The translations under genes were made by a program, and so were the position numbers. A DNA stretch of 62,249 bases, filler included, from Dirinaria sp. TL-2023a (lineage: Eukaryota), in assembly GCA_051941275.1 (NCBI GenBank). It is 4 parts of 4 records of this genome, joined end to end, with 100 filler letters (N's around TTAATTAATTAA, not from the genome) between each part and the next. Parts side by side here need not be neighbours in the genome. Positions count along the whole stretch, not along the records: positions 15,613 to 31,092 come from JAVEBF010000543.1; positions 31,193 to 46,671 come from JAVEBF010000544.1; 2 more parts are not named here. The stretch is one strand, 5' to 3'. This document shows positions 26,532-39,197 of the stretch, piece after piece; the first letter of the stretch is position 1; each line of letters opens with the position of its first letter. The notes beneath the pieces were generated by a model. That model was not told the DNA's origin. It did not search any database and saw only the letters and a list, made by a program, of their open reading frames with translations.

Positions 26532-27128
26532 ATGCCGTCTCCGGTCCGCATCGCCCAGGTAGTCGGGATTACAACCTCTGCTTACGTAGGAGGTAAACCT
26601 TACCCTATACCGTTCCAAGTTTTCTTACTTCTACCAACCTTCGACTAACCCTCACTTACAACAGGAGCAATCACCTCATTATCATTCCTCGCCATCCCAC
26701 CTCTCTTGCTTGCGCCAGCCCCTCTCGCAGCACGCCAATGGCGACTGTTGTTCGAGCACGGCAGGGTCTCGGCGCCTCCGCTCGCCTTCCTGTCAGCATT
26801 ATCGTTCAGCTATCTGAGCTACAAATTCTACGGCACCCTCAACCACACCAAAGCAGAACTTTACGCGCTCTGCTCGGTTTTAGGAATCGCGGTTATTCCA
26901 TATACCATCGTAATGATGTCAGGCGTCAATGCAAAGCTCAGCAGCAAGGCTGAAAGCGCGGAGGCAGTAGTTCTAGAGATGTCGGCCGAGGTTGCGGCGC
27001 CCAAGGGGGATTCGGTGAATGAACTCTTGGACCTGTGGGCTACTAACAATTTCGCCAGAGGACTTTTTCCTCTAGCAAGTGCCGTACTCGGGCTCTGGAC
27101 AAGCTTGTCATTCAAGGCGGCCCGTTGA
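26532..27128 (+). CDS. DUF1772 / anthrone-oxygenase-like small membrane protein
   Basis: Exon 1 MPSPVRIAQVVGITTSAYVG, an intron, then AIPPLL...ARQW...G, IPYT..M..VN.KL and LLDLWATNNFARGL, a pattern typical of DUF1772. Confidence 0.75.
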
Positions 27129-27356
27129 GGTTGATGATGCAAGGATTTCGCGATGGCGATCGTTGCCGAATATGCGGAATGGTTAAAGACGGAGTAACAG
27201 ACTCATAAACAATCACAGAATAACACGCCTAGAAATGGGCGAACGTCGACTTACAAGGGCAAACGGCTGCTTCACTCAGTATAGGGGATTTGCTCAGATA
27301 TTGTTAGCTCATAGGTACATGCGAATGGCACGCGATCATATTTGCATCTTTTTGAA

Positions 27357-28553
27357 TCAGTTATCATTCGGTTCACGTCCTATATCATGATCCGAATTGT
27401 CCTCTTCCTCGTCAAGGTCATCCAGCGGAAAAGTCAGAACGGCAGCGATACCGCCGAGACCGTCCAGTTTCTTCCCACTCTCATGCTCACTACTCAGTAC
27501 CCTGACTTCACCACCTTCAACGTCTCTAACTTTGTCCACCAGCCTCACCCACCGCCTACGTACTGCAACGTCCTGCGCTCTAAACAACGCGTCGGATATT
27601 AGCAGCACACCACCCCCTCTGCCAACCGCCCCTCGATCCACCGCTTGCTCGACCTCTCGAGGCCCATACCATGCTCGTCCGTCGTCGATTCGTAACATCG
27701 TCATGAAATCGTCCATTAGCTTCGTTTCTCGTGCGTATTTCGTGTCCTTCAATTTCGCCAGTACCTCGGGTGACTGCAGGATTTCGTTGAGCGCGTAGAG
27801 ATGTCCTGAACTTGCATGGACAACAACAAGGTTTGCCTTCTGCGCTAGCAGCGCCTTATTGCCAGTCCTTGTCGCGGTTTCCAGTAGAAACTTCTGAAAA
27901 TTCCGGGCTGTATAGCCTGGGCTAGCCAGTAGGATTGGCTTGGATTCGGCAAGGTCGATGTGTCTTAATAGGGTGTCGAGGACAGTCTGAAAGAACCTCG
28001 CCATACCCTTGTCGTGTTCTCCTTGCGCTAGGCCTCCTCGCTTCCTCGGCACCTTGCCTTCGACCCTCTGCCTCAGTACAGTCCTCGATCCAGTTAGCAC
28101 GCAGAGGTTCGCTATGCCCTCTTCCATGACTATAGCCCAAGCCTCCGAGCTCTTCACTGGATTGCATGCTTCCTTTACCAGATTCCTCGCGACACTATCC
28201 CACCCTTCCGCTTTCTCAAGCGTGAAGTTGCGATGCAGCTCAAGATCCAAAGTGTGATATTGGCCAACTTTGGTGTACTTAGTCTCCTCAGCAATGCGGC
28301 CGGAGACATGTAATTGCGCGCTCTGAGGGTCGAAATCCAAGCCTGTGACTCGGATTGTGAGGGTGGTGTGGATGCGGGTGGAACTAGTGGAGCCAGTTGA
28401 GGATTCCGTCGTCACGCGGCGAAGAGCAGAGGCGCGGAGGGTATCGGTGGGCCGGATGAGATTGTACGTGAACCACATATCTTCTTGTTCTTCGGGGCAG
28501 AGCGTGATTGTGCCTGAGCCATCGCGTTCGATGGACTGTTTCACGAGACGCAT
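27357..28553 (-). CDS. DOM34: Pelota/Dom34 ribosome rescue factor
   Basis: Motifs MRLVKQSIERDGSG, EDMWFTYNLI, GQYHTLDLEL, ASPGY, AWYG and HESGKKLDGLGGIAAVLTFP. Confidence 0.95.
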   Translation of the reverse strand: MRLVKQSIERDGSGTITLCPEEQEDMWFTYNLIRPTDTLRASALRRVTTESSTGSTSSTRIHTTLTIRVTGLDFDPQSAQLHVSGRIAEETKYTKVGQYHTLDLELHRNFTLEKAEGWDSVARNLVKEACNPVKSSEAWAIVMEEGIANLCVLTGSRTVLRQRVEGKVPRKRGGLAQGEHDKGMARFFQTVLDTLLRHIDLAESKPILLASPGYTARNFQKFLLETATRTGNKALLAQKANLVVVHASSGHLYALNEILQSPEVLAKLKDTKYARETKLMDDFMTMLRIDDGRAWYGPREVEQAVDRGAVGRGGGVLLISDALFRAQDVAVRRRWVRLVDKVRDVEGGEVRVLSSEHESGKKLDGLGGIAAVLTFPLDDLDEEEDNSDHDIGREPNDN

Positions 28554-29294
28554 GGTGTATGTTGTAGGAGCAGTACGAGACCAATTGCTTCCGTTGGGTT
28601 CAGTAGAGCAGCTGAGTAGATATTCGTGAATGAGCAATAAGGGACGAATGGGAAAGCGCTCTTAAATGGTAGTCTCTCTCAACATAACAAGTAGAAATCC
28701 CTCAAATCCGCTCAACGACCCATCGTGTGGTACTGATGAAGCCAAACTTTCTATTTTCTGATGATGGTGAGTCATCTTTCTAATTGTTTCCATCCGTGTT
28801 TTCACATGGGATGAACCGTAGGAGTTACCTGTAAAGAAGTGGCAGGTACCGTCCTTCGACATGCTGCACATCAATTTTGTTCAATCTAGGGCTGGTTGAG
28901 GGCCTAGCAAGGTACCCTCCAAGTCCCCGACGGGATCCCTCGTACCCTTGGGACGACGTGAGGACGTGAAACCGTTATCTTATCGATCTTACCATGAAAA
29001 TGTACGGTACAGTACTTGTAGATGACATCATCAGCTGAAACTGGTCGAATTCCACATCCTTTCGCTATCAGCGGATTTACGCTCTTCATACGCTTCGAAA
29101 AGCCAATTGTGGGCACGGCAAGACGTCTTGAGTATCTTGAAATAATCCCACTTTCTCTCCTAGAAGATATTTTAAAGCCTTTTCGCGCAATTTCAAATTA
29201 AATCCGTATGACAGCGGTACTTAGGCCGACCGTATCTAGATCTTATTGTGGTTTGAATCAACGTTTATGGTCACGAGCGTTCGCATCTGCAAAA

Positions 29295-30512
29295 ATGACG
29301 AATGTGCATGCCCTTGACTCAAAATCTAAAATGCTGTCGGGGTATGAGATACCTGTACTAGGCTACGGTGTAGGTGTTATTTGATTCGCTATTTCTCGGC
29401 TTTTATATTTTGCATCTCCTTGAAACCAAAATAAAATATCTACCGCAATGTGACCATGGTCAGACACCCGGTAATATTCGTTCTCATAACTAATTTATTT
29501 CTTTCGAAGGTCTACCAAACGCAAGCTTTTACTTCGAAAGTATGAGTCCGACCCACTAATCATCCTCTAGGCCGGCCGATGTGGCCGAAGAAGTAACGCA
29601 ACATGCTTTCAAAGTTGGATACAGACATGTAAGCAGGGTAGTGCTTACGAGAAGCTTGATAAAGTCTAACCAGGCTTCGAAAGGTGGATTCAGCCAGAGT
29701 ATATCGCAACGAAGGGCCATGCAGCGAGGCCATTAAGAAGTCAGGGCTTCCTCGAAGCCAAATATTCTTTACGACTAAGGTTCCTCCACGGGCTATGGGC
29801 TACGATCAGGCGAAAGCTTCAATAGAGTCGAGCTTTAAGCAGACGGGGCTGGATTATATTGACCTGTGAACAGCGCCTCCGCTTTACCTGACATTTTCGA
29901 TCTGACAATAGACATTAGTTACTTGATACATGCCCCTTACGGGGGAAAGGAGGGTCGCACTGGGGCCTGGCGGGCCTTGGTTGAGGCCCAGCAAGCCGGC
30001 AAGATACGCTCTCTCGGCGTGTCGAATTACGGCGTCCACCATCTTAATGAGTTAGAGGCCTATATTAAGGAGCTCGAAAGTCAGAATGGTAAAGGTAAGG
30101 GCGGGGAGATCAGTGTCGGCCAGTGGGAACTTCATCCCTGGCTCACTCGCCCTGACATCGTCGGTTGGTGTCAGCAACGTGGTGTCGTTTGCGAAGCATA
30201 TTGCCCTATCGTGCGAGGGGAGAGGTTTGAAGATCCTATGCTACAGTCGTTAACCAAGAAATACGGAAAGACGCCGGCTCAAGTATTGATCAGGTGGAGT
30301 CTGCAAAAGGTTGATTCGACGATAGATCGCAGTCGGATCTTGATACTGACAGGATGTAGGGCTTCGTACCGCTACCGAAATCCGTCACCCCTTCCCGGAT
30401 CAAAGAGAACGCTGACGTCAGCGACTTCGAGCTTTCAAAAGATGATATGGAATCGCTGACCACTGACGAGTATTCGCCTTGTTCGTGGGATCCGACAACC
30501 AGCACTGATTGA
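29295..30512 (+). CDS. Aldo-keto reductase, multi-exon
   Basis: Motifs IPVLGYG, GYRH/VDSARVYRNE, IFFTTKV, GLDYIDL/YLIHAP, IRSLGVSNYG, Q.ELHPW, TPAQVLIRWSLQ and PLPKSVTPSRIKEN. Confidence 0.9.
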
Positions 30513-31092
30513 GCTACTCGAAACGTAAGGATAAGAAGATGTGACGATAGATTTTGCCAGCAGACAAGCATTGTTAAGGGTGGCAGTGGACAATTTGTTT
30601 TTTGATTTAGGATCGAAGGTGCATTTCTCAATCAATCTGGACGTAGGCTGTTATATATCTGGGGACACGATTGTGTATGCAACGATTTACCATTCTACAG
30701 GAATATACGGCTTGCAGCAGTTTCAGCTGTATCCACAGATAAACATTAAGACTTCATCTCGCAATCAGATACTCCAACCTGCTATAAAATGACGGACCTT
30801 GAATCAACAGCGTCCAAACCAATACTGAAAAACTTTTCTTTTTATCGACGTTGTGCGCAAATAGAACAATTGTCCGATCCGATCAAATCTATAATTTTCC
30901 TCTTTTCCCTTCCATCACATCTCATCTGCTGCCAGAATGACCTAGCCATCCAGCCAGTTCCCAACTCCCTTTCCATCAGAGTTCTAAACAAATAAACCTC
31001 CCCCCCTAATGTTTCAATCGAATAACACATCCGAAAGCAGGTCCACCAAATCAACAAACCCAACACGTATTCCCAAAGCCCCCCCTCAAAAA

Positions 31093-31192
31093 NNNNNNNN
31101 NNNNNNNNNNNNNNNNNNNNNNNNNNNNNNNNNNNNTTAATTAATTAANNNNNNNNNNNNNNNNNNNNNNNNNNNNNNNNNNNNNNNNNNNN
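31093..31192. other. Artificial contig linker N44-TTAATTAATTAA-N44
   Basis: Identical to the linker at 15513. Confidence 0.97.
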
Positions 31193-31239
31193 ACTAATTG
31201 TCCGTCTCAAAAATCCGTATGACGAAGAAAAGAAAAACT

Positions 31240-34200
31240 CTAAACAACAGCAACACACTTCTTGATCAACCCACCCAACAACTTCGCCCCCTCGCCCCTC
31301 GTAATCGTGAAATGATTCGAGGTCATCGCATTCTCAATCTCAATCTCCCCCTCAACAATCCTTTCCCACCCCCGCGTCGAAAAATCCGTTTTATCATCCA
31401 TCAAAAACCCCAGGTCCTCGCTCTCCTCGGGCGTCAGCAGATGGCGGTAGGGGAAACCCGCCAAATTATCCGTGCCCTTAGCCGCCCACGCGAGATACGT
31501 TTTGGGGGACTTCCCCTTCGGAAGTGGGGAGGCGTTGTACCCCCTCAAGCTCTCGTTGACGGCTTTGAAATGGTCCATGAGCCAGGACGGGAGCGGGCGG
31601 TCGGCGACGATGCCGCCGGGCTCGTGGATCGTGCGCCAGTAGTCGAAGAAGATCTGCGGCAGTTTGCCCAGGCCGATGGGGCAGGGCGCGTCGATGAGGA
31701 GCAGCGCTTTGACTTCCTCGCCCGCTTCGAGCAGGGCCCGTGTTGCGAAGTGTGCGAATGCCCCGCCGGCGGACCAGCCGCCGACGTAGTACGGTCCCTT
31801 GGGCTGGCGGCGGCGCACCTCGGCCAGCAGCGCGTGCGCGATGTCCTCGAAGCTCCCGCGCATGTCCTTCGGGTTGGTCATGTACGGGCAGTTCATGGCC
31901 ACGACGGCGATGTCTCCGCCTAGGCGTGGCAAGTGCATGTACGAGGTTGCGGAGCCGGAGCCGTCGGGGAACAGGAACATGGTTTTGCTGGTTGGGGTTA
32001 GGCTTCCTTGGAGGATGATGGAGGTGGAAGGCGGCATTGGCTTTTCACTCGGCTTCGCGTCGTCCATGTTCTTCTCCGGCGGAGGAGTTTTCGACTCGTC
32101 AGATACACTGGATGCGTCGGAGCTTCTTGGGGTTGCTGAGTCGGATGTATTTTCAGACGTGTCATCCGAGATCGGCGAGTCGCCCTCGCTGAAGTACGCT
32201 TTGATCGCACCGATGGAGTCCACTTCCATGAAGAAGGACGGATCCAGATCGAGCATCAATTCCTCGCGGAAGCGACTGGCAATGACCAAGATGAGAAGGG
32301 AGTCGATGCCAAGGTCACCGAATCTATCTGTGTCTTTCATCTCCGACTTGCCAATACCGGACTCCTCGGAAATAATGGACAGAGCTTTATCCACTTTCGA
32401 AGGACCGGTTTGCGTCTTGACGGCTGGCAGCGCGCTGGGCCCACTCTTCATTGCCGATGCCTCATTTGTAGGGAGTGATGCTGCTTTCGTGTCTACCTTT
32501 GGTCTGAACATGACGTCCATAAGACGGCGCGGTACGCGTTGCACTCGCACACCCTTGATGCATCCAAACAGGCTGTTGTTCTTCATGATAGCTATATCGC
32601 CCACCGCGTTATCTTTGTCCTGTGCAGTCATCTTCACATAGGTCTGATAGTCATCTTCGGCAGCCAGAATACCGTCAAGGAACACGCTGTTCCAGCCGCG
32701 AACGACATACACCTCCTGCTCAAATTGGGCGTTTTCGTTGGCGTTCAGAACAAAGGTCGCTAACTGTAGTATAGAATCAAACACGCATGGATGAGCCGTG
32801 AAGTCGCCCGCAAGACGGTTTTTCTCGGCCGTGGAAACCAGTGCACATGCTTCGAAGGTCTCGGAATTCAGGTAGCATTCCTTCACCCCTTTGTGAGACG
32901 CATCATAGTGCGCAAGCGAAGCCACCATTCTGTAGGCCATCGAAGTCGTGAAACGCTCGGTCGTGCCATCGGCAGCGTCTTTTTTCAGTGAATCGACTTG
33001 GGTGGCAGTCGCGCTCCTCTCCTGCTGGAGAATTTGCTGCTCCTGTTTCCTGTCTGCGAAGACGACAGTGGCTTTGGCATGGAACTTAGCAGTCTGGTCT
33101 TTGCCCGAGCAAATCTGGACCTCGACTTTCTTTTCCTTCCAAATGCAGTTGGCTTCAATTCTTATGATTTGGGGCTCCGGGCTGTCATTGATTATCATTG
33201 CTTCTTGCATGTCCATATCTTTGATGATGAGCGTTGTGTCGGCCGTGTCATCCAGGAAACACTCCAAAATTTTCTTTGCTGCAGAAACAGCCATGTCCGC
33301 GTAGACAGCCTATAGCATATTAGATAAGACGACCAGGGACGGTGACCGGGAACACCTACACCAATGCAGACGGCGATACCATTGACCCTGTGACCTGCCA
33401 CCACTGGCTTGAGTTCCTTTGATTGCAAGTCTGATTCTATAACGGCTTGAACAGTATCGCCCTGTAGAACAATTAACGCGGAGAGGAGAGATCAGTAGTG
33501 AGTGTAGCTTACCTTGAACTGTGCGGAAACAACTCTCTGGCAAGAAGTTGTGGCCACATCTAGTCGAGAATCTGGCGATGCTGCAACAGGCAGTGGTTCG
33601 CCTTTGCGCAGCGACCAGTCGTGTACGTACTGCATCCAATAGTCCTTAAGATCCCAGGAATAAGAAGGGAGTGGTACCACTGCATGCTCGTAGTCTCGGT
33701 GATACTGGGCCCAATTAACGTTGCATCCAACGCGGAATGCAGTTGCGACGCTGCGGCTAAGCACCAGCCAAGAGTCCTGTTTGGGCTCCAGTGATGGGAT
33801 GATGGTCAGCGACTTCTCCAGTGTACGCTGGATCAGCCTGGCAAGAACAAGACTTGGTCCTGTCTCGATGATATGAGTCCTTTCATCGAGCATCGAGGCA
33901 GCTTCAGCGGCACGAACAGCGCCGATCAAGTTCACGCTCTCACGGGTTTGTCGCAGAAGATAGTCCTTGTCTAATGCATCACCAACTTTGATGACCGACG
34001 ACAACAAGGGACTAAATATTGGTATCTTCGGTGATCTCAATGTCAGTCCATCCAATGCCTTTGAGAAATCTTCCATGATTGGCTGGACTTGAGTGGAGTG
34101 AAAGGCGTATGGGACTTTGATCCGATTGCATTTGATTCCTTTGGACTCTAGCTGCTGGACCGACAACTCAATGTCTTCAATAGTACCACTGACGACAGTC

Positions 34201-37200
34201 TCGCGAAGACTATTGATGCATGCGACCTCAACGGCAATACCAGTGAGACTGGTAGTAACCTCCTCCTGTGTTCCGCGTGCCGCAAGCATGGCATGTGTTC
34301 CTGCTTGACAGTGTTTTTCCAGCAGCTTGACTCGCTGTCCACAGATCCAGAGGACGTCGAATTCCGAAAGAACGCCTGCGTAATTCAAAGCAGCATACTC
34401 GCCGAGGCTGTGACCGACAACGGCCTTTGGTACGATACCCCAGCTTTCCCATAAACGAGCAAGCGCCATCTGGAGAGATACATGAGCGAGCTGCACCGTC
34501 GTTGGGGACGTTTCGTGAAAGTTGTCCTCAACACCCTGAATGTAAGGTAGGATCGAGTCAAAGCCTTGGCTTTGGATAATCGCATCAAACCGATCGAGGT
34601 CCAACTTAAAGGTGGTATTAGTATTGTAAAGGTATTTACCCATGCCAGCATGATTAGAGCCCTGGCCGGAAAAGGCGAAAACCATTTTTGGTGCACCCCG
34701 AGCTTGTTGCGGTGGGTTAGCGACATCCTGCTTGAGGCTTTGAGTTAGGTCTTCGATCGTCTGAGCCACGTAGGAGCTGCGGAAGTTGTAGTGCACCCGC
34801 CTCGCCGTTGACGTGTAAGCCAGATCAGGGAGGGATACGATCTCGGAAGTCTCAAGGAACTGCACTATCGAGCGAACATTGGCTTCCAGTGCCGTCTGCG
34901 TCTTTGCGGAGATAGTCACCACATGAGCAGGACGGGTATCTGGGCGTGGTATTTTGCTCTCAGTAGCCGGTCGTGGGCCATCTTCAACCAGGACACAGGA
35001 GTTCCCTCCGGCTGCAGAGAAATTGTTGAGAAGGACTCTTCGAGGTTTGCTAGTTCTCGTCCAAGGAGTCGCTTGCCTTGCAATCTTGATACGGCGCTCA
35101 TCTAGATCTGATGGGAAGGTCTGATTGATCTTTGTCTTGATACCACAGTGAGGTGGAATCTCATTCTTTTGCATCATAAGCAGGACCTTGATCAAAGCAG
35201 TCACTCCAGCGACTGATTCTCCATGGCCAACGTTTGCTTTGACAGAGCCTACGTATAAATCATTGGGACGGCCACGTGGGTCACTTGTCGGCCACGGCGC
35301 GAACGACTGTGAGACTGAGGTCATCTCTCGGCCATCTCCCGCCTGCGTACCGGTTCCGTGCATTTCGACGTAGCTGACATCATTTGGATGAACGCCTCCC
35401 TTCGCTAGTACCTCGGAAAAGAGTGCCTGCTGCGCGCCAACATGAGGCCTTGTGATGGATTCGGCCTCCGCAGAGTGATTTGTGACTGCAGAGAGAATGC
35501 AGGCGTGGATAGGATCATTGTCAGCCTGAGCATCTTCCACACGCTTCAGGATCACAATCCCTACGCCTTCTCCCCGGCAATAGCCATCAGCACCGTCGTC
35601 GAAGGTCTTACAGTTTCCAGTCCTGGATAGGAAATGACCGCGGTCAAGACCCGCGGTGACATCAGGATTAGTTAAGACATTTGTGCCTCCCACAATGGCC
35701 GTGTCGATGTCGTGTCTCCAAAGAGCATTACAAGCTAAATGCGTTGCCGCAAGACTTGACGAGCACGCTGTGTCGATGCTAAAACTCGGACCGCTAAATT
35801 TAAAACAATAATTAATACGCCCTGGGATGAACGCACGATTGCCACCCGGTATAAAATAGAAATCAACATCTTGTGCACTATTGGTCTCGCACCAGTCGTT
35901 GCTGGTGGAACCGATAAACACCCCAACGCGGCTTCTCATCGTAGATGGAGTTGCGTCCGGGACAATACCAGCCATCTCCACTGCTTCGTAAGCGCACATC
36001 AGAGCAAGTCTCTGCGCAGGGTCCATTTGAGGAGCTTCGCGAGGTGATATGGCGAAAAAAGAGCGATCAAACAGGCCGGGTTTATTGAGCCAGCAGCCGT
36101 ATGGGGTTGCGCTGGTGTTCTTGCGTTTCAAAGCCGAATCCACATGAGTTTTGACGTCCCATCGAGTTTTGGGCGTCTCGGAATGCGTGTCAACGCCACC
36201 ATGGAGAACATCCCAAAACTCATGAATGTTCTCTGCCTCTGGAAATCTGCCGGAAAAGCCTGTGATGGCGATTTTGGGCTGTCTTGCTTCTTGTGAGGTA
36301 GAGACCCTGGCCATGATTGTTTGGTTGTCCACATAGGTTACAGTATCAATCCCAGAATCGTAATCCTGGATCATAGCTGCGAACCGAGAACCAACAAGCG
36401 TACCGATCGAGACAACTGTGCAAGGCTGAGCAAGCTGAGACTGCAAAATATCCTTGACAGATTGCAGAATGCCGTCTGATGCTATATGTTCTCGCAAGAT
36501 GGACTTCACAGCCACGGTGAGAACCGAATGCAGAGTCTGGGATGGCACAGGCTTTCCATCTCGGTGGGACAGCAAAGTAAGCTTCGATGTCTTGTCCCCA
36601 AGCGATGGGGGAAATGATCGAACAATGCGCTCGACATCGTTATCTGAGTAGATATGTGCTCCATGAAATGGCGCATAAACATCAGATTCAGATGCATTCA
36701 GCTTGTAAGTAGTGGTAAATTCGCTAAGCAAAGCAGGAATTCCACTAAGCATTACGGAATCGCTGGACACGCAGCTCACATACGGCTTTGACCATGTAGG
36801 CAGATTCTGTTTTCGCAATTAGCCTTTCATCACGCATGATTCGAGAGAAAATACAACCTTTTGGTTGCAAAATGCCTCGAGTTGATGCAGCACGGCGTTT
36901 GTCTGGTCAGTCTCAACTCTTACCCGCCATGGTGCGAGGTTCTTCCTGTCCAGAAGAATTTGGTCACGGGTATCAGCGGCAAGCAGTCCGACTCGAAAAC
37001 TAATGAGAATGGTGTCTATGGCCACTGGTAGTAGCTGCTCAGGTGTCGAGCAACAGCTTACGGCGGCCGCTGTAAGCAGACCGGTGCCGAAGCCAAATGT
37101 ACAGCTGACATCTGGAGATCTAGGACTTTCAATTTCGGAGGTTCGTTGGCTGCCTCGAAGTAAGCAGTTGAACGTTTCATATCTCAGTCACCGCGCTCAC

Positions 37201-37487
37201 CACAAGAACAAGGAAAACTGGTGTAGAGAAGATAGAGCCAGTTGCAATGCTGGATGCAGTGGTTCAGAGGCATCGATGGCTAGGAGATCTAGAAAGTTGC
37301 AGAACGAAGGAAATCTATCGCGCTGAGACCATGACAGTGATTGAATTTCTTGACGAAGAGATAAAGCTGCCTGATCGAAGAGCTTATTCAAAACAGGGTT
37401 TCCTCCAATTAATAGCAGCGCTCCCAGATCATCTCTGAACGGGCAAGTCTGGTCACCAAAAAGGTAGAGGGACAGTGGAGGCGACAT
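31240..37487 (-). CDS. Iterative non-reducing polyketide synthase, SAT-KS-AT-PT-ACP-TE
   Basis: N-terminal LYLFGDQT; KS DTACSSS, EMHGTGT and NVGHGES; AT GHSLGE and YAFHS; PT GHRVNG and HPCVFDS; a single ACP LGIDSL; TE GGWSAGG and NHF. Introns near 37150-37201, 36810-36857, 33455-33511 and 33310-33358. Confidence 0.96.
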
Positions 37488-38705
37488 CTTGTGATGGGCC
37501 TGGACAGCGGTGATTAGTTGTACAGAAAAAACCTCTGCAATGATCTCAACTGGTAGATGGGACTGAGCCTCGCCTTATAGCATTACTGACAGGTTCGACT
37601 TGATTGCGAGACGCCGATAAGCTATCCTCCCAGTACCAGCCTAAGTACCAAATATGAGATTCTATAGGAGACAGGATTAGCTCAACGGCATTGTCGCATC
37701 CACAAAGTCTAACAGAAGGATAAGATCACGTCACATTAATGGTTCTCCCCCCGCAGCCTCCCGTGTTCCAGTTCTCTAAGAGCTTCGGTGATCGCCCAGT
37801 TGGAAGAATGAGTTCTTTGATTGGTGGTGCACAATGGTCGGCCCATCCACTCTCGGTAACAGTGCTTGCTGACGCCCAGTGTACACAGATTCAACACGGC
37901 TGATGCAAGCCGCATCATCCCAGCTAGCTCCGGACCTTTTTCTGCAGTGGTCAGATCACGTAAGGTACTTGACAGCGAGCTCATGCGCTCCCCACTTTTA
38001 CATTTTCTCCGATGAGCCAGTCATTGGGTGATCTGCGGGTTCGAGACAAGCAAGACCAGTGCTAGCCGATTCTGTAGACGTTGTACGCTATCTAGATCCA
38101 TTGGTAGAACATATCATAGTGTGAAGATGTGCACGTTCAAGATATCTGGAATGGCAATCATAGCGCGACGTTGCACCAAAGTCGATCACTTTCTATCGGG
38201 TCCTTGCTCGTAGTCTGAGCTAAGACGAGGAATCTTCCTCTAGAGACCCTATCCGAGTTTCACGTGTCATGGTAGTACACAAGTAGGATTAGCTGCACCT
38301 GTGCTAGGAAAATGGATCACCGATGGATTCTATCTTGCTACACGTATAATGCTTTATCTTTTGACCTATTGTTCTCAGGTATATACTCTTCTCGCACCTT
38401 CAAATCACTAAAGAGAAAAGGAAGATACAGACATGGGTAACTGATTGTGTGAAAATGGAAAGTATAACCTAATTAGAGTAAAAGATGAATATGTGAAGAT
38501 GTGGTACATAAAGGATAGGGGTATGCGTATTAAAACAGAGATACCGATGCTATGGTACCTGACATGGCTGAAAAAGAACAAGGCTGACTGACCTTACTTG
38601 GTATAGTGTGCCAGTGTACTACAATGCTTACATGTAGGTAGTGTCCCAGACTATGGGCTTTTCACTACCGGGAAATGTGACGGCCTCGACTGTTTAGCTG
38701 CATAT

Positions 38706-39014
38706 TCGGTTACCGACTTATTCTGAACATTACACCACCGTGACTGCATGGGGTGAGAGCGATCTCTCCGACGTCAAATTAAAGATATCCCAGGATCTCC
38801 ATTGGAAAAGATCAGCCTCTAAGATCTCACACATGTTCGGGGAAGCCGATGAGCGAGCGAACCGCCCTTTTCCGAACCCGTTACCGCTTAGAACCCCTGC
38901 ACACACTTCGACTATGATCCTGCAGGGGTTTCTCGGACTAATATGTGCGTTCCTGCATCGACGCTTCGTCGAGAAAGTGTTAGCAAACCGGTAACACGGG
39001 CTATCGGCTCCCCG
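38706..39014. promoter_or_regulatory. Two TCGG-N3-CCGA palindromes (38706-38716, 39004-39014) in the divergent PKS/monooxygenase promoter; putative Zn2Cys6 (AflR-type) sites
   Basis: TCGGTTACCGA and TCGGCTCCCGA read directly. Both match the AflR consensus TCG-N5-CGA. Confidence 0.6.
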
Positions 39015-39197
39015 ATAACATGAAACTTAGACCGGCCGCAGGAGGGTTCGCTACCACTCCCAGAGGGATACCCATTAAAGTAGTAGTAGAAGCACGATTA
39101 GGCGTAGATTGGTTTAAGCGTGACTGCCCCACGTCTGAGCATCTCTTTGGTAGCTACGTCTATTGAATTGCCAATCATTAAGACTGTATTATATACC

